A stretch of DNA of 63,005 nucleotides, the filler included, from Octopus bimaculoides (taxonomy: Eukaryota): the NCBI RefSeq assembly GCF_001194135.2. It is 6 parts of 6 records of this genome, joined end to end, with 100 filler letters (N's around TTAATTAATTAA, not from the genome) between each part and the next. Parts side by side here need not be neighbours in the genome. Positions count along the whole stretch, not along the records: positions 20,591 to 27,827 come from NC_069000.1; positions 27,928 to 32,002 come from NC_068986.1; positions 32,103 to 51,734 come from NC_068991.1; 3 more parts are not named here. The stretch is one strand, 5' to 3'. Shown here one piece after another: positions 25,241 through 38,112 of this stretch. The notes beneath the pieces were generated by a model that did no database searches, was not told the DNA's origin, and was given only the letters and a program-made list of their open reading frames with translations. The position numbers were made by a program, and so were the translations under genes. Within the stretch, counting starts at the first letter, position 1. Each line of letters begins with the position of its first letter.

Positions 25241-25388
25241 CAGTCATGGACAACTGGCAGCCCGCGGGACTTTCTTCAGGGAACACCAACGAAAAGTTAC
25301 TTTTAAATTTTTTATTAGTAGTGCGACCCACCTCAAGATTAACCATGTCCCATGCGGCCCACTTTTTGAGAAAGGGTGCTGGTACTTG
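25241..25388. mobile_element. Degenerate hAT-like MITE
   Basis: Starts CAGTCATGGACAAC..GCCCGCGGG, contains CATGCGGCCC near the right end, and is flanked by AATTAAAG / GATTAAAG (7/8 match, 8-bp TSD-like). Confidence 0.45.
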
Positions 25389-25613
25389 GATTAAAGTATA
25401 TAAGTTTTCTTTTTGTTTTTTGTTCAAATACTTTATACTTTAAGTTCAAAGTGCGCCATGAGTGAAATAAGTTTGAGGGACTAGCGTTTGACCGTCTTAG
25501 AAAAGAGACGGGTATGTACATTATGTTTGAATAAAAGACATGGTAGTCACGGTTGGGGCGCTTTCGGTTATAGGTTTACTCAATCAAGACTGACCTGTGG
25601 CTAAGCAACTACC

Positions 25614-25710
25614 GGCGGAGGTAAAGAATACGTACGCGACCGGTTTTCGGCGCAACAAAAACCCTAACCCTAACCCTAACCGGCGGGTGGACGTATTCTT
25701 TACCTTCGCC
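25614..25710. mobile_element. Same MITE family, opposite orientation, (CCCTAA)3 core
   Basis: 20-bp TIRs with 1 mismatch (GGCGGAGGTAAAGAATACGT) and a perfect 8-bp TSD CAACTACC. Confidence 0.85.
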
Positions 25711-26719
25711 CAACTACCAACACTACACCAATCAGTCTGCCTCGAAGTTTGACACTTCGAGTCATTTCGATGCAGAGGAACTTTGAAGACACCTGTTTTA
25801 ATTAATGCAATTTGTATGAATAAAATTTTAAAATAAACTAATTGACAGATTTGTCTTTCGACACATTTTCTAATTTTCCCTAGCACATAAGTTTTGCTTA
25901 CGAAAACTTCCCGAACTACAAACTCGGATCTTTTTTTTTATTTTTTTTATCATGCTTTCCAATTGCATCTTAATGATGAATAGCAATCAATCAGAAAAAT
26001 ATTATAGATTTTTGTTTTATGCTGGGCATTGATCATGATCGAGTTATTGAACAGCTAAAAACATCTTTTCTTTCTAACATAATTTTGTCTTTTAATTCAA
26101 CATAATCGATTTCTAAACCTGCAAAACCTGTATTTCTGCAAAATTTCTTCTAAAATATGCATTAAGAAAATTGAAGGGGGAAAAAAATAGTCGGAAGGAG
26201 GAGTTAGCAAACTGGAGTTATTCCAGGCAGGGGCACTAAACTGTAGTTATGCAAGAAATATTTTTAAAAAATACAATACAGCATAAAGAAGCATTTGAAG
26301 AACTGAATGATTTTACTGAACTAAATCGAAAGAAATAATTTATTAGGAATGTTTAAAATGTCCATTTAATAACATGAACTTTTAAAGATCACGCTGGTTT
26401 CAGTTCCCTCAAGTAAGCTATCGAAACATGGCCTGGCATCTCTATATTTGGTTTTGTAGTCGTTCTTAAATCGAACACGTGTCTGTTTAGTTATGCATGC
26501 ATACACACACACACACATATATAGTGTGTGTGTGTGAGAGAGTACCAAAACAGCATGGTTATGAATAGATATGTATAGGGAGGTGTGTGTGTGTACGCAT
26601 ATCAGTTTTTATATATTATTTACATAGTTCTGTAAATATATATATACATCAAGCTAATGATACGGATTTCTGCTATCCAGATATAACAATTTATACCTAT
26701 TATATAGACTATAACGAAG

Positions 26720-26920
26720 CCCTGATGAGGAATCTCTGTATGTGGTAGCTCAGCATACAGGAAATAGCAGCCAAAAGCTCTCTCAAATCACATCCAAATC
26801 GGATCGAGTAAAATAACAAGCAAAGGACACACTGTATGATGAATGTAATCTTAGAAATCCCTGAAAAGGCTTGATGGTCATGGCTGGAACGGCCTACTTA
26901 TCAGAGCTGACTGACATATA
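26720..26920 (+). repeat. Unclassified interspersed repeat family D (copies near 860-950, 19040-19100, 22920-22990, 24540-24630, 24720-24780, 25490-25610, 27150-27220, 27410-27580)
   Basis: Recurrent GAAATAGCAGCCAAA..TCCCTCAAATCAC and GGTCA.GGCTGGAACG blocks. Confidence 0.65.
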
Positions 26921-27927
26921 AGCGACAATATTTACAAACTATCCTACCTACCAATATTATTATGCGATTTTCCAAACACGTAAAAACACAATAAGAATAT
27001 TTTTGCAAATTTAGTCTTTCAAATAGATGTTTGCAGTTTAGAATATTTCGATAGCGTTTTCATTGCTTTTTGTCTCTTGAAAAAAAAAATAACACAAATT
27101 TTAATAAACTGCTGGAAAACAAAATCACGAAGTCTACGAAAACGCCCCACTGTGGTTGCTGGACCTGCTAGAAATACGAACCAAATTGCTCTGAAAATGC
27201 ACCCTGACGTCTTAGAAATAAACATTTTAAAAAACAATACACTGATCGATGTAGTTATAATAGATGTATTTAAAAAAAAAAAGAAACGTGATAGCCACGG
27301 TTGGGACGGTTTTCATCATAGATTTATTTGCTCGCTCGTGACTGTTCTGAAGATATTACCGGTAACAGAATGTGGATGGGAGCTAATAAGGAGAGGGTCC
27401 TTCATCATTGCTAGACATGCTAGAACCAGCTCCCTCAAATAACACTTTACCGTCTTTTTTTAAAAAAAAGGAAGGACACACAAACAGATCGACATAAAAA
27501 GGCGAGAGGATCACGGCTGGAACGCTTTTGATCATAGGTATCAGAGGTCTTATTTAGGGTCTAAACAGCAAGCACAACAAAAATAACCAAACTGCTAAGT
27601 TATAAATGAAAGTAGAAATACACACCTCCAAAAATATCTTGTCAACTTTTATCCAAATCGCGTAAAGAAATATTTTTTTTATAGTTTATAAACTTTTTTT
27701 TATATAAATTAAAATAAACTGATTTTAAATTATTATTTACTATAATTTTTTTTTTAGATTATCCTCGTGAAATATAATAATAATCAAGATTTGTTGGTGG
27801 GTGCCAGCGATTCCTGGAGAAACGTTCNNNNNNNNNNNNNNNNNNNNNNNNNNNNNNNNNNNNNNNNNNNNTTAATTAATTAANNNNNNNNNNNNNNNNN
27901 NNNNNNNNNNNNNNNNNNNNNNNNNNN

Positions 27928-27982
<55 letters not shown>

Positions 27983-28477
27983 CATTCCCCTCCGCCTCTT
28001 CCTCCTCATTATTTTTATCATTTTGCTATTATTATTATTATTATCATTATTATTATTAATATTATTATTACTTTTGTTATTGTTTTTGGTTTTGTTACTT
28101 TGGTTTGTTATGACGATTATGGTTAAGATGTTGCTTTGATTTATGTTGATATATTTTTTTTTGCCGTTGTTCTTCATATCGCCATTATTGCGTTTTTTTT
28201 TTGTTGGAGTTGTGGATTGTAGAGTGACATCAACACGCGTTCTTTGCAGTAATCTCTGAGTTTTAACCGTCGGAGATCAATCTCAACTGTGAGCCCATTT
28301 TGCTTTCAATCTTTCTGCATAAACAAAATGTATACCAATAAAATTATGAGTTATGTTTTAAACTATTGTAACTTTGATCTCCTCCAAACTGTCCGACATT
28401 GCAATTAAATTTATAATTGTAAAAATCAAGGGAAAATCTTGCTTTATGGTGCAATGCGATATCGTTCATCTTTATTT

Positions 28478-28920
28478 TTTACTTGTCTCGGTTTTTGGAT
28501 TGCGGCCATGATGGGGCAGTGTATTGGAGAATTTATAGTGGAATGTATCGACCCTGTACTTATGTTTTAAAAGCCTGGTGCTTATTCTATCGGTATCTAA
28601 TGGCGAACCGCTAGGTTACGGGGAAGTAAACACACCAGCACCAGTTGTCAAACGGTTGTAGGGGGACAAACATAAACCAAAGGCACATACACACACGTAC
28701 AGACATGTATCTTTGAATGTATGTATGTATGTATGTATGTATGTATGTAGATAGATACAGATATACGACTGGCTTCTATCAGTTTCCGTCTACCACATAC
28801 ACTCACAGGGCTTTGATCAGTACGAGGTATAGTAGAAAACACTTGCTCAAGGCTCCACGCAGTGGGACTGAACCCAGAGCCACGTCGCTGGTAAGCAAGA
28901 CATTTACCACACAGCCACCC
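28478..28920 (-). mobile_element. SINE family A, inverted; an adjacent partial copy runs ~28935-29150
   Basis: Reverse complement matches 9733-10082 (e.g. GGTAGACGGAAACTGATAGAAGCC). Confidence 0.85.
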
Positions 28921-29179
28921 GTCTCTGTATCGTTTATTTTATTTGTCTCAGTCACTGGACTGTAGCTATGCTGGAGCTCCACCTTGAAGGCTCAAGTCAA
29001 TCAAAGTGACGTCAGTACTTAATTTTTAATGGTATAGTATTTATCCTACCGGTTATTTTGCCGAACCGCTAGGTTACGGATTCTTAAAGAAATCAGCACC
29101 GGTTGCCAAATGGTGGTGGTCAAAAACATGAGCACAAAGCCACTCACACACACATATACATATATACATGTGTGTGTGT

Positions 29180-29211
<32 letters not shown>

Positions 29212-29526
29212 AAGGACTTAAAGAGAATAGTTGGGAGGTGTACATATATCCACTTATCCACGTGACTTCCACAGGAGTACAACCGTTTCGCTACCTTTTC
29301 CATATAATTTCAAGTCTTACGTAATAATGATAATAACAGTAATAATAAATGTAATAATATTTTCTAGCATAGGTCCAGCCCTAAAATTTACAGAAGAGGC
29401 ACCACCTTCCCAAAAATCTTACTTTATCTACACCGGAATGATGAAAGGTAATGTAAACTTCAGTCGTATTTGAACACGGAAAGAAAAGCCAGAAATAATA
29501 GAGCAAGATATCTTACCCAACGCTCT

Positions 29527-29912
29527 AACGAATTCGACTTTGACATATTAATAGTAAGCCTGAACACAGAAAAAAAAACTCTCAAATTTGAGTACTAACT
29601 GCCAATATAACTCTTCATTTTNNNNNNNNNNNNNNNNNNNNNNNNNNNNNNNNNNNNNNNNNNNNNNNNNNNNNNNNNNNNNNNNNNNNNNNNNNNNNNN
29701 NNNNNNNNNNNNNNNNNNNNNNNNNNNNNNNNNNNNNNNNNNNNNNNNNNNNNNNNNNNNNNNNNNNNNNNNNNNNNNNNNNNNNNNNNNNNNNNNNNNN
29801 NNNNNNNNNNNNNNNNNAACGAATTCGACTTTGACATATTAATAGTAAGCCTGAACACAGAAAAAAAAACTCTCAAATTTGAGTACTAACTGCCAATATA
29901 ACTCTTCATTTT
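29527..29912. other. Identical 95-bp sequence on both sides of a gap (probable unmerged contig overlap)
   Basis: 29527-29621 equals 29818-29912. Confidence 0.85.
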
Positions 29913-30119
29913 ATTCTTAATCGAAACACCAGTGGAATAAAACGCAAATGTTGAAAGCGGTGTTATATGAAATTTAGATGCAAAACTACGCAGCTGCATA
30001 CTGCAAGGGATTTATTTGAAGCGACATATCTGGAATATATATATACACATACATACATATGTATGTAGATATATATACATGTAATTTATATATGTATATA
30101 TGTATGTATACACACACAC

Positions 30120-30120
<1 letters not shown>

Positions 30121-30198
<78 letters not shown>
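30121..30198. repeat. (GATA)n microsatellite (also 51911-52035 GATA/GGAT and 52364-52497 GACA/GATA)
   Basis: Direct inspection. Confidence 0.95.
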
Positions 30199-30199
<1 letters not shown>

Positions 30200-31832
30200 G
30201 TGTGTGCGTGTATAAACTCCGCTAATGAACCCAGCCAGCAATGCATCATATATGATGAACACCATCAATGATGGCTCATTCATACCGGGCACTAAATCAA
30301 TCGCTTCTTTATCTATAACTACTGCCATATCTACTCAATAAGATGAATGTAATAGGGGGTATATCACTGAAATTTCCAACCTAATGCAAAATAATCAGTA
30401 TGGCTATTACTTAAAAGATCTAGGTGATGATCTCCCTTTAATCTGCTTAATGGGTCCTCTTTGAAATGATATGGCAAATAATTTTAACGTAAGATATGCC
30501 TGGGCCTCTGGGTATCTATCTATCTATCTATCTATCTATTTATTCCTCTCTGTCTCATTCGCATATATTTATATGCTATCTGTGTACATATGTGTGTGTA
30601 TGTGCGTGCGTGCGCGTGCGTGCGCGTGCGTGCGTCTGTATATATATATATATAAATATANNNNNNNNNNNNNNNNNNNNNNNNNNNNNNNNNNNNNNNN
30701 NNNNNNNNNNNNNNNNNNNNNNNNNNNNNNNNNNNNNNNNNNNNNNNNNNNNNNNNNNNNNNNNNNNNNNNNNNNNNNNNNNNNNNNNNNNNNNNNNNNN
30801 NNNNNNNNNNNNNNNNNNNNNNNNNNNNNNNNNNNNNNNNNNNNNNNNNNNNNNNNNNNNNNNNNNNNNNNNNNNNNNNNNNNNNNNNNNNNNNNNNNNN
30901 NNNNNNNNNNNNNNNNNNNNNNNNNNNNNNNNNNNNNNNNNNNNNNNNNNNNNNNNNNNNNNNNNNNNNNNNNNNNNNNNNNNNNNNNNNNNNNNNNNNN
31001 NNNNNNNNNNNNNNNNNNNNNNNNNNNNNNNNNNNNNNNNNNNNNNNNNNNNNNNNNNNNNNNNNNNNNNNNNNNNNNNNNNNNNNNNNNNNNNNNNNNN
31101 NNNNNNNNNNNNNNNNNNNNNNNNNNNNNNNNNNNNNNNNNNNNNNNNNNNNNNNNNNNNNNNNNNNNNNNNNNNNNNNNNNNNNNNNNNNNNNNNNNNN
31201 NNNNNNNNNNNNNNNNNNNNNNNNNNNNNNNNNNNNNNNNNNNNNNNNNNNNNNNNNNNNNNNNNNNNNNNNNNNNNNNNNNNNNNNNNNNNNNNNNNNN
31301 NNNNNNNNNNNNNNNNNNNNNNNNNNNNNATATATATATATATATATATATATAAGTACGCGTGTATGTGTACATCTATATATACGTGTAATATGGGTTG
31401 CTATACATAGTGCTTAAAATCAGAATAAATATATACGAAATATATCAGACAATATTATATGCAAACGTAGTTGTTGTGTTTCACACTTACTAGAAAGTTA
31501 TAAGGACATACACAGAATTAACAATTATATAGCAAAAATGATGTAAAGGGCATTACATTATAGGTTATGCAACAATAAACTAACGCAGTTCCTTAGGTTC
31601 ATGCGTAACGATAGATTCGGGTACACATATATATGTGTTTCTGTATGCAGTCCTGAAATATATTTGCAAATATATCCATCATACCTGTATATTATTTTTT
31701 ACTGTAACAGATATGTACAAGGGAACATAAGGATGTGTACAAAAATCCAGATGCTTGTTTTATGGATAAATATGTATAGACACAGTCGCACTGACACGTA
31801 CACACACATGCAAGCAGATTCATAGATACATC

Positions 31833-31863
<31 letters not shown>

Positions 31864-31962
31864 ATGAGTGTGTGTACCCATAGACGCACACATACACACA
31901 TATATACACATATATGCATACATACATAAATACAAACATATATGCGTAAATATATATACACG

Positions 31963-32002
<40 letters not shown>

Positions 32003-32102
32003 NNNNNNNNNNNNNNNNNNNNNNNNNNNNNNNNNNNNNNNNNNNNTTAATTAATTAANNNNNNNNNNNNNNNNNNNNNNNNNNNNNNNNNNNNNNNNNN
32101 NN

Positions 32103-32180
32103 ATGGATGTAAAGATGGGAATTCGGACATATTTAGAGGATGAGTTGAAGAAGGCCAGAGAAAACCCTAAACTTCGCTCT
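32103..32180 (+). CDS. IP3K: Inositol-trisphosphate 3-kinase, internal exon (5' part lost in gap)
   Basis: Translates MDVKMGIRTYLEDELKKARENPKLRS, which contains the DxKxG inositol-binding motif of IP kinases and resembles ITPKA/B MDCKMGIRTYLEEEL. Ends at donor GTATGT (32181). Starts directly after Ns. Confidence 0.93.
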
Positions 32181-32371
32181 GTATGTACTAGTTTAATAGA
32201 GATTACTATTTTGAACTGTAAGGAATGGTTGTTCTTTGTTTTGTCTTTTAACCTCAATTTCTGTTCTGTTTAGCTTTCTTTAAAGACATATTTATGCTTT
32301 ACGTTTTTTTTTTGTTATGCATGAGAGCATTAAAATATTTCTTCTGAACATCTTTTGCTTTGTTGCTGTAG

Positions 32372-32521
32372 GATATGTATGAGAAAATGGTTGATATTGA
32401 CCCGTCTGCACCGACTCCAGAAGAACGAGAATTAGGAGCAATCTCGAAACCACGGTATATGCAATGGCGAGAAAACATAAGTTCGTCTTCCTCTCTTGGA
32501 TTCCGTATTGAGGGAGTGAAG
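32372..32521 (+). CDS. IP3K: IP3 3-kinase exon (150 nt, phase 0/0)
   Basis: Acceptor ttgttgctgtag, donor GTAAAC. Translates [50 protein letters not shown], matching the [18 protein letters not shown]...LGFRIEG block. Confidence 0.97.
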
Positions 32522-33512
32522 GTAAACTAGTCATTTCCTTTTTTTCATATATCGTTGACTAAGTCTACCTTATCTCAAAAGAAATATTGTAAGTGCCAAA
32601 TGTTATCTTTAACATGATGTGAGCAAACAGGTTAACATTCTATTTGAAGGATTTTAGCACTTGAAAGGACTCTTCTTTCTTTAGTCATAAGCTTATTTTA
32701 TTTACTTATTTATTGGTAGTGGTGGATTGTAAATATTTGTAAATATTTAATTTTGTCTAAATGTCTGAAATAAGTTGTCAATAATAATTATGATTTTTAA
32801 GGCTGATAACTTCAACCTTAAAGATGAACATTTTCTTTAATATTTACATCTAAACTACATTTTGATAAGTTTAATCTATAATCAAAACATATGTAGAAGT
32901 AAATATTAGAAATACATCTCTAAAGTCAGGTTAATAACCTGAAAAATTATGATCTTCTCTTTTCTGCATCTAACATATAAACCTTTTGTTGTTTTGATTC
33001 TACTAAAATCTGTTAAACATCTGTTATTCTGTTCTTCAGAGTGGTACATAATCCAACTACAGCTGCTAATCTGATCTGTGAACAGTCTAACTTTAATTAC
33101 CTATAATATCCAATATCTTTACATCTTTATCCACCATTTCAGAGTTTCATTTGAATAACTTGTTTTTATTCTTCTTTCACTGCAGATATAAGTATTAGGT
33201 TTATATTTGCCAACATGAATAGAGGTCGTACCTTTGAACAGAATTGGTTAAATCCTTACCACTATTTCATTTTCCTTTCTACTATGTGTTATGAAACTGC
33301 AGCTAAGGCAACCAGTTTCAATACTTAAGTTGAAAAATATAATATGAAAATGATGACTTGCATGTTTATTGTGCGAGTGGCTGAGCACTCCACAGACACA
33401 CATACTCTTAACATTGTTCTCAGGGAGATTCAGTGTGACACAGAATGTGACAAGGCCTACCTTTTGAATTACAGCTACTACACACACACACACATGTATA
33501 TAGATAGATATA

Positions 33513-33720
33513 CCCTCTGATGGTCGTTCCTTGCCGTGGTGGAGGGCTTGTGTGGTCCAATGACTCTGAGAGCGATGCCGTCTGGAGTCTAGTACTCCTG
33601 GTAGGGCCACCCATGGCGGTAAGGTCAAAGAAGAGAACCCAGACTGAACACGACCAAATTCCTCTTCGAGAGCCCAAGTGTGGAGCAAACAGATGTCAAC
33701 AACAACAACAACAACGATTG
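33513..33720 (+). mobile_element. RTE/BovB-like 5' end remnant
   Basis: CCTTGCCGTGGTGGAGGGCTTGTGTGGTCCAATGAC...CTCCTGGTAGGGCCACCCATGGCGGTAAGGTCAAAG resembles recalled RTE/Expander 5' UTRs. Ends in (CAA)n. Confidence 0.55.
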
Positions 33721-33982
33721 ATTTGAATAACATTTGAACTGATGGAGCAAAGCAACACCAAATGGATGAGTTAACAAAGTGCCCCTTTGGACTATAACTG
33801 TGCCAGTGACAGTCTCTTATTATCTCATCTTCTGATATTGCCTTTCTCGTCTTGGAGTGTGTGATCCATTCCCTGGAAAATTGAAATTTATCATCAACAA
33901 ATTCAAGCCATTGGCAGTTCTTCCTGCCAATATTTCTTTCAACAGGGAGAAATTGAAATACTTAGACATGAGAAAAGCCAAC

Positions 33983-34026
<44 letters not shown>

Positions 34027-34174
34027 ATGATGAATTTTATTCCACACTGAAATTATTACTACATGAAGAAGGCTGCGGAATGACTGTAATTCTAAGTAAG
34101 GATATCATGTGGTTAAAGAAAAATTTTCATTTGTCATACCTCCTGACATTTCATTGTTTATTTATACATATATA

Positions 34175-34263
<89 letters not shown>

Positions 34264-34755
34264 GTACATACATACACACAACACAGCACACAAATAATAA
34301 AGGTTTGCTTTCTGGCGTAAATTTCAGAAATGTCACTCGAATAGACTAGGTCTGCATGTTCTAATGCAAAGAATATCAGTAAAATGCTTCAATCAAACTT
34401 CTACCAAATGCAAACAACAGATATGATACAGTCATCTGAAATACATACACACCCTAGCAAATCTTGCTAACGGATTGAGCATTTTATTCAAAGTAAACCA
34501 GAAGAATAACAATTATGGACCATAATGTCAGAAATCCAGTTACTACTCAACATAAATATCTCTTTGCAGACTTAAGTATGTGACCTTTTGTGATTTTAGC
34601 CACAACTTCTGACGATAATAATTAACTGTGGTATCGGATGCTGGTGTTGGAGGCACTACAAATTTGAATCTATTTATAATGATTCATCTGACCTTTTTTT
34701 ACATCTTACTAACAGCTTTCAGTAAAAATTCATTCACTACCGTTTTTCTCACTAG

Positions 34756-34857
34756 AATTCTAATGGTGTCTCCAGCAAGGATTTCAAACGTACTCGAACT
34801 TGGAAACAAGTGCAAGAAGTCTTTCAGGACTTTACCAGCTGCAATAAAACCATCCTG
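34756..34857 (+). CDS. IP3K: IP3 3-kinase exon (102 nt, phase 0/0)
   Basis: Acceptor tttttctcactag, donor GTAAGT. Translates NSNGVSSKDFKRTRTWKQVQEVFQDFTSCNKTIL, similar to the vertebrate DFKKTKTREQV..F.EF..GN..IL segment. Confidence 0.93.
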
Positions 34858-35365
34858 GTAAGTATAAATGTGCCAAAGATAATGGGTGGTTAAGATTGGT
34901 CAGCACAATATAATAGGAGGGAGGATACAAAATGAAGTTAATTGTTTTTGCTAACTTTTGGTTGTTACACTATCAAATAACATTTACGTCATCAATGACA
35001 TATTTGTCTTCCTCTCCTTTCTTTCTTTCTCTTTCATATGGAAATATAATAGGCATACCCATANNNNNNNNNNNNNNNNNNNNNNNNNNNNNNNNNNNNN
35101 NNNNNNNNNNNNNNNNNNNNNNNNNNNNNNNNNNNNNNNNNNNNNNNNNNNNNNNNNNNNNNNNNNNNNNNNNNNNNNNNNNNNNNNNNNNNNNNNNNNN
35201 NNNNNNNNNNNNNNNNNNNNNNNNNNNNNNNNNNNNNNNNNNNNNNNNNNNNNNNNNNNNNNNNNNNNNNNNNNNNNNNNNNNNNNNNNNNNNNNNNNNT
35301 ATACACACATACACACATATATATATATTTGTATACACACACATACATACAAACACATGCATACA

Positions 35366-35404
<39 letters not shown>

Positions 35405-35901
35405 CACACATACTACACACAAGATAAACAAGACTATCTTCTGAATCTCTGGCTGTAATGCTGTCTTTTGAGTATTGTTAAGTTCATATGGATGGTGTTG
35501 GATCCAACAACACAAGAGGTTGGTTGGTTATCCGATAGTTGTTAGCAATCAGGAGAGCTACATGTATTCTAAATGTCAGTAGAGAGAAGTGAAAGCAAAA
35601 GAGATAACAACAGATGTTTTCAGATGTTATCAAACCGAGCATCAAAACCATCAATCAAAGAAAGAAAAAAAATTATGCAGAAACATTGTCAGTCTTCATT
35701 TATAATGCAAACAGATGAAGTATGCAGGGAAGGGGTGGGATAAAGGATTGATAATGGAAAGCAACTGTGGCGTCACTACAATGATAGACTTGAGCAGTTA
35801 AGACAGATCTGAAGTCATTGAACTCCACTAATGGAGAAATTTGGTGAGATGATGCATTGTTAACTGATCTATCCATGTCAGCAAGGGAAAACATATACTA
35901 G

Positions 35902-36068
35902 AATCATCATCATCATTGTTTAATGTTCGTTTTCCATGCTGGCATGGGTTGGTCAGTTTGACTGGGGACTGGCAAGCCAGGAGGCCACACCAGGCTTCAA
36001 TCTGATCTGGTATTGTTTCTCCAGCTGGATGCCCTTCCTAATGCCAACCACTCTGAGAGTGTAGTGGG
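35902..36068 (-). mobile_element. Truncated inverted copy of the RTE-type 3' UTR repeat (IP3K intron)
   Basis: ATCATCATCATC..TTCCATGCTGGCATGGGTTGG...CAGCTGGATGCCCTTCCTAATGCCAACCACTCTGAGAGTGTAGTGGG. Confidence 0.85.
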
Positions 36069-36322
36069 GCTATCTTGGTCCATATCTAGAACCTATTGCA
36101 GTCCTATAGAAATTGTGCTGTTGTCACATCTTGACCTTGCTGCTAACGTGTCTGAATCCCCCTTGCAGTCATATGTGCAGTCTACTGCGCTTGCTAGTAG
36201 ATTCTATTGCAATCTTGTCGGGACACTGCTGGGCTACTACTACTGATATTTATATATAATTGTATGCATCTGTGTTTTTTTATTGTATGTTCACTCATTG
36301 ACGTCTTCCTGTTTCTTTGCAG

Positions 36323-36394
36323 TCTCAGTATGTCAGTCGACTGAAGGAGATACGACCTGCAGTTGAGAATTCCAAGCTATTTAAAGATCATGAG
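36323..36394 (+). CDS. IP3K: IP3 3-kinase exon (72 nt, phase 0/0)
   Basis: Acceptor cctgtttctttgcag, donor GTATTG. Translates SQYVSRLKEIRPAVENSKLFKDHE, which joins in frame to VIGSSLL (family consensus RL..IR..LE.S.FF..HEVIGSSLL). Confidence 0.93.
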
Positions 36395-36634
36395 GTATTG
36401 AAAGTTCAAGAATTTCTTCAAATCTCTCAAGCCCCAATCCCCCATCTCTATTGATTCAACATGCCATCTATTCATACATAATAGTGTATATGAGGCCATG
36501 TGCTTCTATGATTATTGAGTCTGTTTTACAACCAATGTATTGCAAGTTTCAATCTCAACTGGGTATTTTTTATTATCCTGTCCAAAGATTATAATAGTGC
36601 CTCATTGTCTTTTTTTTTATTCTTTGTTTTCCTC

Positions 36635-36674
<40 letters not shown>

Positions 36675-36679
36675 GAATA

Positions 36680-37025
36680 CAAAAAATGGGACAAGAACAC
36701 AAAACATCCAGACAGCTAGATGATTCAAAAAAGGGACAAGAAAAAACACGAATGGGTCATTCGAAGTTTTCTTTCCTCAATCGAGTTCCAGATTATCTTT
36801 GCAATTTCGGCTGGTTATACTCGAGATTGCTCCAATCTGTCCAGCCCCAAGGAAAAACTAAGCTATGAGCACTAGATTCCTTGGAAGAAAGCAGCGAATG
36901 TATACGAAAATGAGGACGGAAAAATAATGGAGAAATGGTACATAAATTCAAATGCAAATAACAGGACATAACAACAGGTGTCTTTCAACTAAGGATGAAT
37001 TAAATTAAGCTGACGTATGTGGAAG
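36680..37025. repeat. Second, unrearranged copy of the 7556 repeat (IP3K intron)
   Basis: Same blocks in the same order, without the inverted triplication. Confidence 0.8.
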
Positions 37026-37689
37026 TGAAGTGATCAGGCTTCAGGTATTTTGAGAGAAAGTCTTGTTACATTTGACAAGATAGCTGTATAAATAAATATA
37101 TATATATTTTCTCTATATATTATGGAATGAGAACTACTTTGAAAGCTGAATATTTCATTTTACTCCAACTAGCAAGAAATATATAGAATGTGTATGTGTA
37201 TTAAGCCTTGTGAGTGGATTTGATAGACGGAAACTGAAAGAAGCCCGTCATGTGTGTGTTTGTTTATTGTTGTATTTCTCTGAAAATCAAGTGCTATATG
37301 CAGGGACGTTTGTAACATTTCTTCTGTCAACAAATAATCTGTTATCTTTACACCTTTAAAGATATGTGAAATAAGAGATCTGTTACTTGAAAAACAAGTA
37401 AGAGTTATTGACAGGAAGGACAACCGGTTGTAAAACAATGCCTCGGTAATATAATCGTCTAGCCCATGTTAATGAGAAACTGGATGTAGAGACAAACAAA
37501 TCAATGAAACTATTCTTCTCTCATTCAATTTGTTGCCTAACATCAACTCTCAACATTGATATTGGAAAATCAATTTGTGATTTCATTGTAACTAGAAATC
37601 AATTTGTAGTATCATTTGAGTATCATTCCAGTGTACAGGAATGATACTCAAGAGGGCCCAGTGTTAGAAAGGAAAATCTTGAATATAGG

Positions 37690-38040
37690 GGTGCAGGTGT
37701 GGCTGTGTGGTAAGAAGTTTGCTCCTCAACCACATGTTCTGGGTTCAATCCCACTGTCTGGCACCTTGAGCTAGTTTCTTCTACTAAAGCTTTAGGAACA
37801 ACCAAAGCCTTGTGAGTGGACAGAAGCCTGCCATGTGTGTGTGTGTGTTTGCTCCCATCACCACTCGAAAACTAGTGTTGGTTTGTTTCTATTCCTTTCA
37901 CTTAGCACTTTAGCTTGCATCTGATAAAATAAGTACCCGGCTTTAAAAAAAAAAAGAAGTTCTGGGGTTGATTTGTTCAACTAAAACCCTTCCTGGTAGT
38001 GCCCCATCATGGTTGCAGTCCAATGACTGAAACAAGAAAA
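37690..38040 (+). mobile_element. SINE family A in IP3K intron (partial copies also at ~22730-22884 +, ~37205-37255 +, ~45785-45970 -, ~51050-51127 -)
   Basis: GGTGCAGGTGTGGCTGTGTGGTAAGAAG...GGGTTCAATCCCACTG head and shared tail. Confidence 0.8.
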
Positions 38041-38112
38041 AGATATTGGTTTGTATACAGAATATATAGTAAGGTTATATACAAATTACCCTTTGGTAAT
38101 ATTTTTACCTCG

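Noticed and set aside
25206-25443. Protein-looking ORFs on both strands
   Set aside because: They overlap a degenerate hAT-like MITE, lack convincing splice sites and show no recognisable domain.
26722-26770. CTGATGA ... GAAA hammerhead candidate
   Set aside because: Stem II does not close next to the core and there is no stem III or NUH; it is part of repeat family D.
29527-29912. Apparent 95-bp direct repeat or LTR pair
   Set aside because: The copies are identical and abut a gap on both sides, which fits an unmerged contig overlap best.
30215-30328. Minus-strand MAVVIDKEAIDLVPGMNEPSLMVFII... segment
   Set aside because: It is short, has no convincing donor, runs into (GATA)n and has no recognisable homology.
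1-32102. Upstream IP3K exons (WxQLAGH, PFVPxYHG, QMxDLL segments)
   Set aside because: They were not found by manual scanning of the + strand and are presumed to be in gaps or outside the window.
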